Origin: a virus
Lineage: Duplodnaviria > Heunggongvirae > Uroviricota > Caudoviricetes
Direction: 5' to 3' (one strand)
IMG/VR virus record: IMGVR_UViG_2648501206_000003
DNA: 36,546 nt
A model generated the notes under the pieces. The model had not been told where the DNA came from and made no database searches. It was given only the letters and a program-made list of their open reading frames with translations. Every line of letters begins with the position of its first letter. The stretch's first letter is position 1. Below, piece by piece: positions 26,901-36,546 of the stretch. The translations under genes and the position numbers were made by a program.

Positions 26901-27202
26901 TGGATACACCGACGTATTTTGCTTTTGCGAAAGGTGCCGGGTTGATGGGCGAGGCCGGGCCTGAAGCAATCATGCCACTGACACGGGCAGCGGACGGCTC
27001 TCTTGGGGTCAGGGCCATTGGAAATGTGAATGGTGGTGGTGGATTTGTTTATTCTCCCGTGTATCACATCAGCATTCAGAATCAAGGGAGCAATGGCGAG
27101 ATAGATGCGCGCTCAGCCAGGGGACTGGTGGATCTGATCGACAGCAGGGTTGTGTCAATTATGCAGTCATCGCGTCGGGATGGAGGATTGTACAGTGCCT
27201 GA
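23969..27202 (+). CDS. Tail tape measure protein
   Basis: 1077 aa; Ala/Gln-rich coiled-coil-like composition; position after the G/G-T chaperones. Confidence 0.9.
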   Translation: MSVATLRELIIKISANSRSFQSEISRASRMGQDYYRTMQNGGRQSAAASREMRRALAEVTDQINTAKSSALNMAGAFAGAFATGHLISLADEWNSVNARLKQASQSSDDFQVSQRELMAISQRTGTAFSDNASLFARSAASMREYGYSSEEVLKVTEAISTGLKLSGASTAEASSVITQFSQALAQGVLRGEEFNSVNENGDRVIRALAAGMGVARKDLKAMADNGKLTADKVVPALISQLGALRDEYAAMPDTVSSSATKVENAFMAWVGGANEASGVTKTLTGVLNGVADNIDTVAAAAGALVAVGVARYFGNMASSAGSATAGLITAARNEVALAEAQLRGTQIATARARAAVYRAQQAVVAARGTERQAAAEAKLTAAQASLTRNIAARTAAQTTLNTVTSVGSRLLSGALGLVGGVPGLVMLGATAWYTMYQNQEQARESARQYAATIDEIRQKTSAMSLPEASDNEEKTRQALDEQNRLIDEQKSKIKSLQEKIAGYQYVLANPGWTTDNGFMINHMTSVKTVTEGLAEATNQLAVEQSRLTQMQGKAQSIQDVLAGLEERRVALIRQQAAEQNKAYQSLLIMNGQHTEFNRLLGLGNELLLQRQGLVNVPLRLPQATLDDKQQTALNNSERELALSRLKGEARERARLGYAADDLGFVGEAYQTARQNYINNSLDAWRNNQANKPKAYKKTEAEKTEDIYKRLIKQQKEQIALAGQNTELAKMKYQVSQGELSTLSEAQKKTLLQNAALIDQKKIREQLAAYESSLADSNASARASDEAQLLGYGEGSRMRERLQEMWSIRQAFEQKNNELLRQYQAGEIEEALWKQEKELNKKYLEERLSDQQDYYAKADALRNNWNAGLQEGLTNWADSATDYASQAADAVVSTMDGLVSNISDALAGNVVDWRNWGSSVLREVSKILMNAAIVNGLKSLSGAGGWLGTVGGWISGAVANAKGGVYTSANLSAYSNTIVDTPTYFAFAKGAGLMGEAGPEAIMPLTRAADGSLGVRAIGNVNGGGGFVYSPVYHISIQNQGSNGEIDARSARGLVDLIDSRVVSIMQSSRRDGGLYSA

Positions 27203-27536
27203 GCCTGAAGTTTTTAACTGGATCCCCCGTGAGGGGATGGAGACGACACGAAAGCCATCAGTTATTACGGTAAAGTTTGGTGACGGATATGAACAGCGAC
27301 GGGCTGGTGGTCTGAATGCGGATCTGAAAACGTTTAAACCGGTATTTCGTGTCACAGATGAATATTCCCGTGCCGCGCTGGACAGTTTTTTATCCCGTCA
27401 TGCCGGGATTCGTGCTTTTTTGTGGCGTCCGCCAAAACACAACAGGACTGTCCGGGTTGTCTGCAGGGAGTGGAGCATTTCGGATAATGCCATGTATACC
27501 GATTTTAACTGTACCTTTGAAGAGGTCACTCACTGA
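27195..27536 (+). CDS. M: Minor tail protein M
   Basis: Segment VKFGDGYEQRRAGGLNADLKT aligns with lambda M (VRFGDGYSQRAPAGLNANLKT); GTG at 27195 with GGAGGA 6 nt upstream preferred over the track start 27150. Confidence 0.7.
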   Translation: MPEPEVFNWIPREGMETTRKPSVITVKFGDGYEQRRAGGLNADLKTFKPVFRVTDEYSRAALDSFLSRHAGIRAFLWRPPKHNRTVRVVCREWSISDNAMYTDFNCTFEEVTH

Positions 27537-28234
27537 TGCAGGATATACAGCAGGAAACACTCAATGAGTGCACTAAAACGGAGCAATCCGCGCTGGTCGT
27601 GCTCTGGGAAATTGATCTGACAGAGGTCGGCGGAGATCGTTATTTCTTCTGTAATGAGCAGAACGAAAAAGGTGAACCAGTCACCTGGCAGGGGCGGCAG
27701 TATCAGGCTTATCCCATTCAGGGAAGCGGATTTGAGATGAACGGCAAAGGAGCCAGTGCAAGGCCAACGCTTAAAGTCTCTAATCTGTACGGCATGGTCA
27801 CCGGGATGGCGGAAGATCTGCAGAGTCTGGTCGGCGGAACGGTGGTCCGGCGTAAGGTTTACGCCCGTTTTCTGGATGCGGTGAACTTCGTCAACGGAAA
27901 CAGTGACGCCGATCCGGAGCAGGAGGTGATCAGCCGCTGGCGCATCGAACAGTGCAGCGAACTGAGCGCGGTCAGTGCCTCTTTTGTGCTGTCCACACCG
28001 ACGGAAACGGATGGCGCTGTTTTTCCGGGGCGCATCATGCTGGCCAACACCTGCACCTGGATCTACCGCGGCGATGAGTGCGGTTATGATGGCCCGGCGG
28101 TCGCGGATGAATATGACCAGCCAACGTCCGATATCACGAAGGATAAGTGCAGCAAATGCCTGAGTGGTTGCAAGTTCCGCAATAACGTCGGCAATTTTGG
28201 CGGCTACCTTTCCATTAACAAACTTTCGCAGTAA
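27536..28234 (+). CDS. L: Minor tail protein L
   Basis: 232 aa; start overlaps the M stop (ATGA); recognised as lambda L-like. Confidence 0.8.
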   Translation: MQDIQQETLNECTKTEQSALVVLWEIDLTEVGGDRYFFCNEQNEKGEPVTWQGRQYQAYPIQGSGFEMNGKGASARPTLKVSNLYGMVTGMAEDLQSLVGGTVVRRKVYARFLDAVNFVNGNSDADPEQEVISRWRIEQCSELSAVSASFVLSTPTETDGAVFPGRIMLANTCTWIYRGDECGYDGPAVADEYDQPTSDITKDKCSKCLSGCKFRNNVGNFGGYLSINKLSQ

Positions 28235-28238
28235 ACCC

Positions 28239-28982
28239 ATGACAGAGACAGAATCAGCGATTCTGGCGCACGCCCGGCGATGTGCGCCAGCGGAGTCGTG
28301 CGGCTTCGTGGTGAGAACGCCGGAGGGGGACAGATATTTTCCCTGCGTGAATATCTCCGGTGAGCCGGAGGCGTATTTCCGGATGTCGCCGGAGGACTGG
28401 CTGCGGGCAGAGATGCAGGGTGAGATTGTGGCGCTGGTCCACAGCCACCCCGGTGGTCTGCCCTGGCTGAGTGAGGCCGACCGGCGGCTGCAGGTGCAGA
28501 GTGATTTGCCGTGGTGGCTGGTCTGCCGTGGGGAGATTCATAAATTCCGCTGTGTGCCGTATCTCACCGGGCGGCGCTTTGAGCACGGGGTGACGGACTG
28601 TTACACGCTGTTCCGGGATGCTTACCATCTGGCGGGGATTGAGATGCCGGATTTTCATCGCGAGGATGACTGGTGGCGTCACGGTCAGAATCTCTATCTG
28701 GATAATCTGGAGGCCACAGGGCTGTATCAGGTGCCGTTGTCAGCGGCGCAGCCGGGCGATGTGCTGCTGTGCTGTTTTGGTTCATCGGTGCCGAATCATG
28801 CCGCCATTTACTGTGGTGACGGCGAGCTGCTGCACCATATTCCTGAACAACTGAGCAAACGAGAGAGGTATACCGACAAATGGCAGCGACGCACACACTC
28901 CCTCTGGCGTCACCAGGCATGGCACGCATCTGCCTTTACGGGGATTTACAACGATTTGTCCGCCGCATCGATCTGCGTGTGA
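28239..28982 (+). CDS. K: Tail assembly protein K (JAB/MPN plus NlpC/P60-like)
   Basis: Internal ATG at 28239 gives MTETESAILAHARRCAPAESCGFVV..., near-identical to the lambda K N-terminus as recalled. Confidence 0.85.
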   Translation: MTETESAILAHARRCAPAESCGFVVRTPEGDRYFPCVNISGEPEAYFRMSPEDWLRAEMQGEIVALVHSHPGGLPWLSEADRRLQVQSDLPWWLVCRGEIHKFRCVPYLTGRRFEHGVTDCYTLFRDAYHLAGIEMPDFHREDDWWRHGQNLYLDNLEATGLYQVPLSAAQPGDVLLCCFGSSVPNHAAIYCGDGELLHHIPEQLSKRERYTDKWQRRTHSLWRHQAWHASAFTGIYNDLSAASICV

Positions 28983-29521
28983 AAACGGGGGCCGAAGCCA
29001 TCCGGGCGCTGGCCATGCAGATCCCGGCGTTTCGTCAGAAGCTGAGCGACGGCTGGTATCAGGTACGCATTGCCGGGCGTGATACAGGTGAAACGGAATT
29101 ATCAGCCCGTCTTAATGAACCGCTGGCAAATGGTGCTGTGATCCATATCGTGCCGCGTCTGGCAGGAGCCAAAAGTGGCGGTGTGTTTCAGGCTGTGCTG
29201 GGGGCGGCTGTTATGGCGGTTGCTATATGGATGCCGGGGGTAGGAATTATGGCGAGTAATCTGCTGTTTTCTCTCGGTGCCAGTATGACGCTTGGCGGTG
29301 TTGCACAGATGCTGGCCCCTAAACCCAAAACCCCCCGCACACAGACAACGGATAACGGCAAACAGAACACCTATTTTTCTTCACTGGATAATATGGTTGC
29401 CCAGGGCAATGTTCTGCCCGTTCTGTACGGTGAAATGCGCGTGGGATCACGTGTGGTATCTCAGGAGATCAGCACAGCAGATGAAGGTGATGGTGGTCAG
29501 GTTGTGGTGATTGGTCGCTGA
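28880..29521 (+). CDS. I: Tail assembly protein I
   Basis: N-terminus MAATHTLPLASPGMARICLYGDLQRF and C-terminus NGKQNTYFSSLDNMVAQGNVLPVLYGEMRVGSRVVSQEIST match lambda I as recalled. Confidence 0.8.
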   Translation: MAATHTLPLASPGMARICLYGDLQRFVRRIDLRVKTGAEAIRALAMQIPAFRQKLSDGWYQVRIAGRDTGETELSARLNEPLANGAVIHIVPRLAGAKSGGVFQAVLGAAVMAVAIWMPGVGIMASNLLFSLGASMTLGGVAQMLAPKPKTPRTQTTDNGKQNTYFSSLDNMVAQGNVLPVLYGEMRVGSRVVSQEISTADEGDGGQVVVIGR

Positions 29522-29581
29522 TGAAAAACGTTTTATGTGAAACCGCCTCCGGGCGGTTTTATCGTTTATGGAGCATGACGA

Positions 29582-32500
29582 ATGGGTAAAGGCAGCAGTA
29601 AGGGGCATACCCCGCGCGAAGCGAAGGACAACCTGAAATCCACGCAGCTGCTGAGTGTGATTGATGCCATCAGCGAAGGGCCGATTGAAGGTCCGGTGGA
29701 TGGATTAAAAAGCGTGCTGCTGAACAGTACGCCAGTGCTGGACAGTGAGGGGAATACCAACATCTCCGGCGTCACGGTGGTGTTCCGGGCCGGTGAGCAG
29801 GAGCAGACACCGCCGGAGGGATTTGAATCCTCCGATTCCGAGACGGTGCTGGGTACGGAAGTGAAATACGACACGCCGATCACCCGGACCATCACGTCTG
29901 CAAACATCGACCGTCTGCGCTTTACCTTCGGTGTGCAGGCACTGGTGGAAACCACCTCAAAGGGTGACCGGAATCCGTCGGAAGTCCGCCTGCTGGTTCA
30001 GATACAACGTAACGGTGGCTGGGTGACAGAAAAAGACATCACCATTAAGGGCAAAACCACGTCGCAGTATCTGGCCTCGGTGGTGGTGGATAACCTGCCG
30101 CCGCGACCGTTCAATATCCGGATGCGCAGGATGACACCGGACAGCACCACAGACCAGCTGCAGAACAAAACGCTCTGGTCGTCATACACCGAAATCATCG
30201 ATGTGAAACAGTGCTACCCGAACACGGCACTGGTCGGCGTGCAGGTGGATTCGGAGCAGTTCGGCAGCCAGCAGGTGAGCCGTAATTATCATCTTCGCGG
30301 GCGCATTCTGCAGGTGCCGTCGAACTATAACCCGCAGACGCGGCAATACAGCGGTATCTGGGACGGGACGTTTAAACCGGCATACAGCAACAACATGGCC
30401 TGGTGTCTGTGGGATATGCTGACCCATCCGCGCTACGGCATGGGGAAGCGTCTCGGTGCGGCGGATGTGGACAAATGGGCGCTGTATGTCATCGGCCAGT
30501 ACTGCGACCAGTCGGTGCCGGACGGCTTTGGCGGCACGGAGCCGCGCATCACCTGTAATGCGTACCTGACCACACAGCGCAAGGCGTGGGATGTGCTCAG
30601 TGATTTCTGCTCGGCGATGCGCTGTATGCCGGTATGGAACGGGCAGACGCTGACGTTCGTGCAGGACCGACCATCAGATAAGGTGTGGACCTATAACCGC
30701 AGTAATGTGGTGATGCCGGATGATGGCGCGCCGTTCCGCTACAGCTTCAGCGCCCTGAAGGACCGCCATAATGCCGTTGAGGTGAACTGGATTGACCCGA
30801 ATAACGGCTGGGAGACGGCGACAGAGCTTGTGGAGGATACGCAGGCCATTGCCCGTTACGGTCGTAACGTCACGAAAATGGATGCCTTTGGCTGTACCAG
30901 CCGGGGGCAGGCACACCGAGCCGGGCTGTGGCTGATTAAAACGGAGCTGCTGGAAACGCAGACCGTGGACTTCAGCGTGGGTGCTGAAGGGCTTCGCCAT
31001 GTGCCGGGCGATGTCATTGAAATCTGCGATGATGACTATGCCGGTATCAGCACCGGTGGTCGCGTGCTGGCGGTGAACAGCCAGACCCGGACGCTGACGC
31101 TCGACCGTGAAATCACGCTGCCATCCTCCGGCACCACGCTGATAAGCCTGGTTGACGGAAATGGCAATCCGGTCAGCGTGGAGGTTCAGTCCGTCACCGA
31201 CGGCGTGAAGGTGAAAGTGAGCCGGGTTCCTGACGGCGTTGCTGAATACAGCGTGTGGGGGCTGAAGTTGCCGACGTTGCGCCAGCGCCTGTTCCGCTGT
31301 GTGAGTATCCGTGAGAACGATGACGGCACGTATGCCATCACTGCCGTGCAGCATGTACCGGAAAAAGAGGCCATCGTGGATAACGGGGCGCACTTTGACG
31401 GCGACCAGAGCGGCACGGTGAATGGTGTCACGCCGCCAGCGGTGCAGCACCTGACCGCCGAAGTCACCGCAGACAGCGGGGAATATCAGGTGCTGGCGCG
31501 CTGGGACACGCCGAAGGTGGTGAAGGGCGTGAGCTTCCTGCTCCGTCTGACCGTAACAGCGGATGACGGCAGTGAGCGGCTGGTCAGCACGGCCCGGACG
31601 ACGGAAACCACATACCGCTTCACGCAACTGGCGCTGGGGAACTACAGGCTGACTGTCCGGGCTGTAAATGCGTGGGGACAGCAGGGCGAGCCGGCATCGG
31701 TATCGTTCCGGATTGCCGCACCGGCAGCGCCGTCTCGGATTGAGCTGACACCGGGCTATTTTCAGATAACCGCCACGCCGCATCTTGCGGTTTATGATCC
31801 GACGGTACAATTTGAGTTCTGGTTCTCGGAAACGCGGATTACCGATATCAGGCAGGTTGAAACCACAGCCCGCTACCTTGGCACGGGGCTGTACTGGATA
31901 GCCGCCAGTATCAATATCAAACCGGGCCATGATTATTACTTTTATATCCGCAGTGTGAACACCGTTGGCAAATCGGCATTCGTGGAGGCCGTCGGTCGGG
32001 CGAGCGATGATGCGGAAGGTTACCTGGATTTTTTCAAAGGCAAGATAACCGAATCCCATCTTGGTAAAGAGCTGCTGGAAAAAGTCGACCTGACGGAGGA
32101 TAACGCCAGCAAACTGGAGCAGTTTTCGAAAGAGTGGAAGGATGCCAACGATAAATGGAATGCCATGTGGGCTGTCAAAATTGAGCAGACCAAAGACGGC
32201 AAACATTATGTCGCGGGTATTGGCCTCAGTATGGAGGACACGGAGGAAGGCAAACTGAGCCAGTTTCTGGTTGCCGCTAACCGTATCGCGTTTATTGACC
32301 CGGCAAACGGGAATGAAACGCCGATGTTTGTGGCGCAGGGCAATCAGATATTCATGAACGACGTGTTCCTGAAACGCCTGACGGCCCCCACCATTACCAG
32401 TGGTGGAAATCCACCGGCATTTTCCCTGACACCGGATGGGCGGCTGACGGCGAAAAATGCCGATATCAGCGGTAACGTGAATGCGAACTCCGGGACGCTC

Positions 32501-32977
32501 AACAACGTCACGATTAACGAGAACTGTCGGGTTCTGGGAAAACTGTCCGCGAACCAGATTGAAGGCGATCTCGTTAAAACAGTGGGCAAAGCTTTCCCCC
32601 GGGACTCCCGTGCACCGGAACGGTGGCCATCAGGGACCATTACCGTCAGGGTTTATGACGATCAGCCGTTTGACCGGCAGATTGTTATTCCGGCGGTGGC
32701 ATTCAGCGGCGCTAAACATGAGAGAGAGCATACTGATATTTACTCCTCATGCCGTCTGATAGTGCGGAAAAACGGTGCTGAAATTTATAACCGTACCGCG
32801 CTGGATAATACGCTGATTTACAGTGGCGTTATTGATATGCCTGCCGGTCACGGTCACATGACGCTGGAGTTTTCGGTGTCAGCATGGCTGGTAAATGACT
32901 GGTATCCCACAGCAAGTATCAGCGATTTGCTGGTTGTGGTGATGAAGAAAGCCACCGCAGGCATCAGTATCAGCTGA
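29582..32977 (+). CDS. J: Tail tip / host specificity protein J
   Basis: 1131 aa; N-terminal and central regions lambda J-like; C-terminal ~130 residues differ from lambda J as I recall it. Confidence 0.9.
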   Translation: MGKGSSKGHTPREAKDNLKSTQLLSVIDAISEGPIEGPVDGLKSVLLNSTPVLDSEGNTNISGVTVVFRAGEQEQTPPEGFESSDSETVLGTEVKYDTPITRTITSANIDRLRFTFGVQALVETTSKGDRNPSEVRLLVQIQRNGGWVTEKDITIKGKTTSQYLASVVVDNLPPRPFNIRMRRMTPDSTTDQLQNKTLWSSYTEIIDVKQCYPNTALVGVQVDSEQFGSQQVSRNYHLRGRILQVPSNYNPQTRQYSGIWDGTFKPAYSNNMAWCLWDMLTHPRYGMGKRLGAADVDKWALYVIGQYCDQSVPDGFGGTEPRITCNAYLTTQRKAWDVLSDFCSAMRCMPVWNGQTLTFVQDRPSDKVWTYNRSNVVMPDDGAPFRYSFSALKDRHNAVEVNWIDPNNGWETATELVEDTQAIARYGRNVTKMDAFGCTSRGQAHRAGLWLIKTELLETQTVDFSVGAEGLRHVPGDVIEICDDDYAGISTGGRVLAVNSQTRTLTLDREITLPSSGTTLISLVDGNGNPVSVEVQSVTDGVKVKVSRVPDGVAEYSVWGLKLPTLRQRLFRCVSIRENDDGTYAITAVQHVPEKEAIVDNGAHFDGDQSGTVNGVTPPAVQHLTAEVTADSGEYQVLARWDTPKVVKGVSFLLRLTVTADDGSERLVSTARTTETTYRFTQLALGNYRLTVRAVNAWGQQGEPASVSFRIAAPAAPSRIELTPGYFQITATPHLAVYDPTVQFEFWFSETRITDIRQVETTARYLGTGLYWIAASINIKPGHDYYFYIRSVNTVGKSAFVEAVGRASDDAEGYLDFFKGKITESHLGKELLEKVDLTEDNASKLEQFSKEWKDANDKWNAMWAVKIEQTKDGKHYVAGIGLSMEDTEEGKLSQFLVAANRIAFIDPANGNETPMFVAQGNQIFMNDVFLKRLTAPTITSGGNPPAFSLTPDGRLTAKNADISGNVNANSGTLNNVTINENCRVLGKLSANQIEGDLVKTVGKAFPRDSRAPERWPSGTITVRVYDDQPFDRQIVIPAVAFSGAKHEREHTDIYSSCRLIVRKNGAEIYNRTALDNTLIYSGVIDMPAGHGHMTLEFSVSAWLVNDWYPTASISDLLVVVMKKATAGISIS

Positions 32978-32996
32978 ATTTTATAACCCATATACG

Positions 32997-33021
32997 GGCG
33001 CCAGAAATGGCGCCTTTTTTA
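32997..33021 (+). terminator. Intrinsic terminator after J
   Basis: Stem GGCGCC/GGCGCC with AGAAAT loop followed by TTTTTT. Confidence 0.55.
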
Positions 33022-33044
33022 TTGCAGAAAAGCGAGAGGTAATT

Positions 33045-33644
33045 ATGCGTAAAGTTTGTGCAGCCATTTTGTCCGCAGCCATCTGTCTGTCCGTATCCGG
33101 TGCGCCTGCATGGGCGTCTGAACATCAGTCCACACTGAGCGCAGGGTATCTTCATGCCCGTACGAACGCTCCCGGCAGCGATAATCTGAACGGGATTAAC
33201 GTGAAATACCGTTATGAGTTTACGGACACGCTGGGGCTGATTACGTCCTTCAGTTATGCCAATGCTGAGGATGAGCAAAAAACGCACTACAGCGATACCC
33301 GCTGGCATGAAGATTCCGAGCGTAATCGCTGGTTCAGCGTGATGGCGGGGCCGTCTGTACGCGTGAATGAATGGTTCAGCGCGTATGCGATGGCGGGTGT
33401 GGCTTACAGCCGTGTGTCGACTTTCTCCGGGGATTATCTCCGCGTAACTGACAACAAGGGGAAAAAGCACGATGTGCTGACCGGAAGTGATGACGGTCGC
33501 CACAGCAACACGTCTCTGGCGTGGGGAGCTGGCGTGCAGTTTAACCCGACCGAATCCGTGGCCATTGATGTCGCTTATGAAGGCTCCGGCAGTGGTGACT
33601 GGCGCACTGACGGGTTCATCGTGGGTGTTGGTTATAAATTCTGA
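33045..33644 (+). CDS. lom: Outer membrane protein Lom (Ail/Lom family)
   Basis: 199 aa with signal peptide; C-terminus VAYEGSGSGDWRTDGFIVGVGYKF matches lambda Lom as recalled. Confidence 0.85.
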   Translation: MRKVCAAILSAAICLSVSGAPAWASEHQSTLSAGYLHARTNAPGSDNLNGINVKYRYEFTDTLGLITSFSYANAEDEQKTHYSDTRWHEDSERNRWFSVMAGPSVRVNEWFSAYAMAGVAYSRVSTFSGDYLRVTDNKGKKHDVLTGSDDGRHSNTSLAWGAGVQFNPTESVAIDVAYEGSGSGDWRTDGFIVGVGYKF

Positions 33645-33670
33645 TTAGCCAGGTAACACAGTGTTATGAC

Positions 33671-33698
33671 AGCCCGCCGGTTCAGGCGGGCTTTTTTG
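33671..33698 (+). terminator. Intrinsic terminator after lom
   Basis: Stem AGCCCGCC/GGCGGGCT with GGTTCA loop followed by TTTTT. Confidence 0.6.
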
Positions 33699-33708
33699 TG
33701 GGGTGAAT

Positions 33709-36546
33709 ATGGCAGTAAAAATTTCAGGTGTACTGAAAGACGGCACAGGAAAACCGGTACAGAACTGCACAATCCAGCTGAAAGCAAAACGTAACAGTAC
33801 CACGGTGGTGGTGAACACGCTGGCATCTGAAAATCCGGATGAAGCCGGGCGTTACAGTATGGACGTTGAGTACGGTCAGTACAGCGTTATTCTGTTGGTG
33901 GAAGGATTCCCGCCGTCACATGCCGGGACCATCACAGTGTATGAAGATTCCCGACCCGGTACGCTGAATGATTTTCTCGGTGCCATGACGGAGGATGATG
34001 CCCGTCCGGAGGCACTGCGCCGTTTTGAGCTGATGGTGGAAGAGGTGGCGCGTAACGCGTCCGTGGTGGCACAGAACACGGCAGCCGCGAAGAAGTCAGC
34101 CAGTGATGCCAGCACATCAGCCCGTGAGGCGGCAACCCATGCGACTGATGCTGCAGGCTCAGCACGCGCAGCCAGCACGTCAGCCGGACAGGCCGCGTCG
34201 TCGGCTCAGTCAGCGACTTCCAGCGCAGGAACGGCATCAGCAAAAGCCTCTGAGGCATCAAAAAGTGCTGCCGCTGCAGAGTCCTCAAAAAGCGCGGCGG
34301 CCACCAGTGCCGGTGCGGCGAAAACGTCAGAAACGAATGCGGCAGCGTCACAACAATCAGCAGCCACTTCTGCATCCACCGCGACCACGAAAGCGTCAGA
34401 AGCAGCCACTTCAGCACGGGATGCGGCGGCCTCAAAAGAGGCGGCAAAATCATCAGAAACGAACGCATCATCAAGCGCCAGTAGTGCCGCTTCCTCGGCA
34501 ACGGCGGCAGGAAATTCTGCGAAGGCGGCAAAGACGTCTGAGACAAACGCTAAGTTCTCTGAAACGGCAGCGGAACAGAGTGCCTCAGCTGCGGCAGGCT
34601 CAAAAACAGCGGCTGCATCATCTGCCAGTGCCGCGTCAACAAGTGCCGGGCAGGCCTCAGCCAGTGCCACCGCCGCCGGAAAATCGGCAGAAAGCGCCGC
34701 ATCGTCTGCTTCAACAGCCACAACGAAGGCTGGCGAAGCCACTGAACAGGCCAGTGCAGCAGCGAGGTCTGCTTCCGCAGCGAAGACATCCGAAACGAAC
34801 GCGAAAGCGTCGGAAACCCGTGCAGAATCCTCAAAAACGGCAGCGGCATCGTCCGCCAGTTCGGCGGCGTCATCGGCATCATCGGCGTCTGCTTCAAAAG
34901 ATGAGGCGACCAGACAGGCGTCAGCAGCGAAGGGCAGCGCCACGACAGCATCCACGAAGGCGACAGAGGCAGCTGGCAGTGCGACGGCGGCAGCACAGAG
35001 CAAAAGTACGGCGGAATCCGCGGCAACGCGCGCCGAGACAGCGGCAAAACGGGCAGAGGATATTGCATCCGCCGTGGCGCTTGAGGATGCGAGCACGACG
35101 AAAAAGGGGGTAGTACAGCTCAGCAGTGCGACCAACAGTACGTCTGAAACGCTGGCGGCAACGCCAAAGGCAGTAAAATCAGCCTATGACAATGCAGAGA
35201 AACGTCTGCAGAAAGACCAGAACGGCGCTGATATACCCGATAAGGGACGCTTCCTGAACAACATTAACGCGGTCAGTAAAACAGACTTTGCTGATAAGCG
35301 TGGTATGCGTTATGTGCGGGTTAACGCTCCTGCAGGTGCAACATCTGGAAAATATTACCCTGTTGTTGTTATGCGTTCTGCTGGCTCAGTAAGCGAACTG
35401 GCATCAAGGGTCATTATCACCACGGCAACGCGAACCGCAGGCGATCCGATGAATAACTGCGAGTTTAACGGATTTGTTATGCCTGGTGGCTGGACTGACA
35501 GGGGGCGTTATGCTTATGGAATGTTCTGGCAATATCAAAACAATGAACGAGCCATCCACTCAATAATGATGAGTAATAAGGGCGATGATTTGCGCTCTGT
35601 GTTCTATGTTGATGGCGCTGCTTTCCCTGTTTTTGCGTTTATCGAAGATGGCCTGTCAATATCCGCACCTGGTGCTGATCTCGTTGTTAATGATACGACC
35701 TATAAGTTTGGGGCAACAAATCCGGCGACTGAATGTATCGCGGCGGACGTTATCCTTGATTTTAAGAGTGGGCGTGGTTTTTATGAGTCTCATTCGTTAA
35801 TCGTTAACGATAACTTGTCGTGCAAAAAACTTTTTGCCACAGACGAAATTGTAGCGCGTGGTGGTAATCAGATTCGAATGATAGGTGGGGAGTATGGTGC
35901 ATTATGGCGTAATGATGGCGCTAAAACTTACCTGCTGCTTACCAATCAAGGTGATGTTTATGGTGGCTGGAATACATTAAGACCGTTTGCTATTGATAAC
36001 GCAACCGGCGAACTGGTTATTGGAACCAAACTGTCCGCAAGTCTGAACGGTAATGCATTAACAGCAACAAAGCTGCAAACGCCAAGACTGGTTTCTGGTG
36101 TTGAGTTTGATGGTTCCAAAGATATTACTTTAACCGCCGCGCATGTGGCTGCTTTTGCCAGAAGGGCAACGGATACATATGCCGATGCGGATGGTGGCGT
36201 TCCCTGGAATGCCGAATCAGGCGCTTATAATGTCACCCGCTCTGGCGACAGCTATATTCTGGTTAACTTCTATACCGGAGTCGGAAGTTGCCGGACCCTG
36301 CAGATGAAGGCGCATTACAGAAATGGTGGTCTGTTCTACCGTTCTTCAAGAGATGGCTATGGTTTTGAGGAAGACTGGGCAGAAGTTTATACCTCGAAAA
36401 ATCTTCCACCAGAAAGCTACCCAGTCGGCGCACCAATCCCGTGGCCATCAGATACCGTTCCGTCTGGTTATGCCCTGATGCAGGGGCAGACTTTTGACAA
36501 ATCTGCCTACCCGAAACTTGCAGCCGCTTATCCGTCAGGCGTGATC
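33709..36546 (+). CDS. stf: Side tail fibre protein Stf, N-terminal ~945 codons; gene continues past the right window edge
   Basis: ATG at 33709; N-terminus [37 protein letters not shown] matches lambda Stf as recalled; long Ala/Ser/Thr-rich repeat region; frame open to the window end. Absent from the ORF track because truncated. Confidence 0.85.
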   Translation, partial: MAVKISGVLKDGTGKPVQNCTIQLKAKRNSTTVVVNTLASENPDEAGRYSMDVEYGQYSVILLVEGFPPSHAGTITVYEDSRPGTLNDFLGAMTEDDARPEALRRFELMVEEVARNASVVAQNTAAAKKSASDASTSAREAATHATDAAGSARAASTSAGQAASSAQSATSSAGTASAKASEASKSAAAAESSKSAAATSAGAAKTSETNAAASQQSAATSASTATTKASEAATSARDAAASKEAAKSSETNASSSASSAASSATAAGNSAKAAKTSETNAKFSETAAEQSASAAAGSKTAAASSASAASTSAGQASASATAAGKSAESAASSASTATTKAGEATEQASAAARSASAAKTSETNAKASETRAESSKTAAASSASSAASSASSASASKDEATRQASAAKGSATTASTKATEAAGSATAAAQSKSTAESAATRAETAAKRAEDIASAVALEDASTTKKGVVQLSSATNSTSETLAATPKAVKSAYDNAEKRLQKDQNGADIPDKGRFLNNINAVSKTDFADKRGMRYVRVNAPAGATSGKYYPVVVMRSAGSVSELASRVIITTATRTAGDPMNNCEFNGFVMPGGWTDRGRYAYGMFWQYQNNERAIHSIMMSNKGDDLRSVFYVDGAAFPVFAFIEDGLSISAPGADLVVNDTTYKFGATNPATECIAADVILDFKSGRGFYESHSLIVNDNLSCKKLFATDEIVARGGNQIRMIGGEYGALWRNDGAKTYLLLTNQGDVYGGWNTLRPFAIDNATGELVIGTKLSASLNGNALTATKLQTPRLVSGVEFDGSKDITLTAAHVAAFARRATDTYADADGGVPWNAESGAYNVTRSGDSYILVNFYTGVGSCRTLQMKAHYRNGGLFYRSSRDGYGFEEDWAEVYTSKNLPPESYPVGAPIPWPSDTVPSGYALMQGQTFDKSAYPKLAAAYPSGVI

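Larger units (their letters stand above)
1..36546. mobile_element. Lambdoid prophage segment (Qin/Rac-like early region, HK97-like head, lambda-like tail); both ends lie outside the window
   Basis: Colinear phage gene order: recombination, immunity, replication, Q, lysis, terminase, portal, protease, capsid, tail, J, lom, stf. No integrase or att site seen in window. Confidence 0.85.

Noticed and set aside
27530-28240. 236-aa ORF on the minus strand
   Set aside because: Exactly antisense to tail gene L, which has clear lambda homology; no start signals.
30674-32206. 510-aa ORF on the minus strand
   Set aside because: Entirely antisense to the well-supported J gene; Arg/Pro/His-rich composition typical of reverse-frame translation of GC-rich coding DNA.
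34103-35135. Long ORFs on both strands (34103..35113 +, 336 aa; 34206..35135 -, 309 aa; also 33932..34546 - and 34550..35068 -) inside the tail fibre gene
   Set aside because: They lie in alternative frames of the Ala/Ser-rich repeat region of stf; their translations are extreme low-complexity (Arg/Pro/Gln-rich or poly-Ala), a composition artefact.

Overview
This window is a contiguous segment of a lambdoid prophage from an enterobacterial (E. coli-like) genome, read left to right in phage map order. All calls rest on reading the six-frame translations and the DNA by eye; no searches were run, and family names and reference protein lengths are recalled from memory. Two genes missing from the ORF track run off the window edges: a RecE-like exonuclease (minus strand, <1..1935) and the side tail fibre stf (33709..>36546). 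Order of modules: (1) a leftward early operon resembling the Qin prophage dicB operon (ydfA/ydfB/ydfC-like ORFs, DicF sRNA, dicB, ydfD) feeding into recE; (2) an immunity region with a DicA/RacR-like repressor, four copies of a 12-bp operator and a divergent Cro-like/YdaT-like pair; (3) a replication initiator with iteron arrays inside its own coding sequence; (4) a nin-like region carrying cargo (QueH-like DUF208 protein, hok/mok toxin locus, lipoprotein), a DUF968 protein, RusA and a Q-like antiterminator; (5) a pR'-like promoter and tR' terminator followed by an AT-rich 298-aa gene of unknown function at the position where Stx phages carry their toxin genes; (6) a lysis cassette (two holin-like proteins, GH19 endolysin, Rz/Rz1); (7) an antisense AT-rich YfbU-like gene; (8) an HK97-type packaging and head module (HNH, TerS, TerL, portal, protease, capsid, connectors); (9) a lambda-type tail module (major tail, G/G-T frameshift chaperones, tape measure, M, L, K, I, J, lom, stf). 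The best candidates for an undescribed function are the 298-aa AT-rich gene (11069..11965) and the antisense YfbU-like gene (14088..14627). No CRISPR array, tRNA or rRNA was seen.
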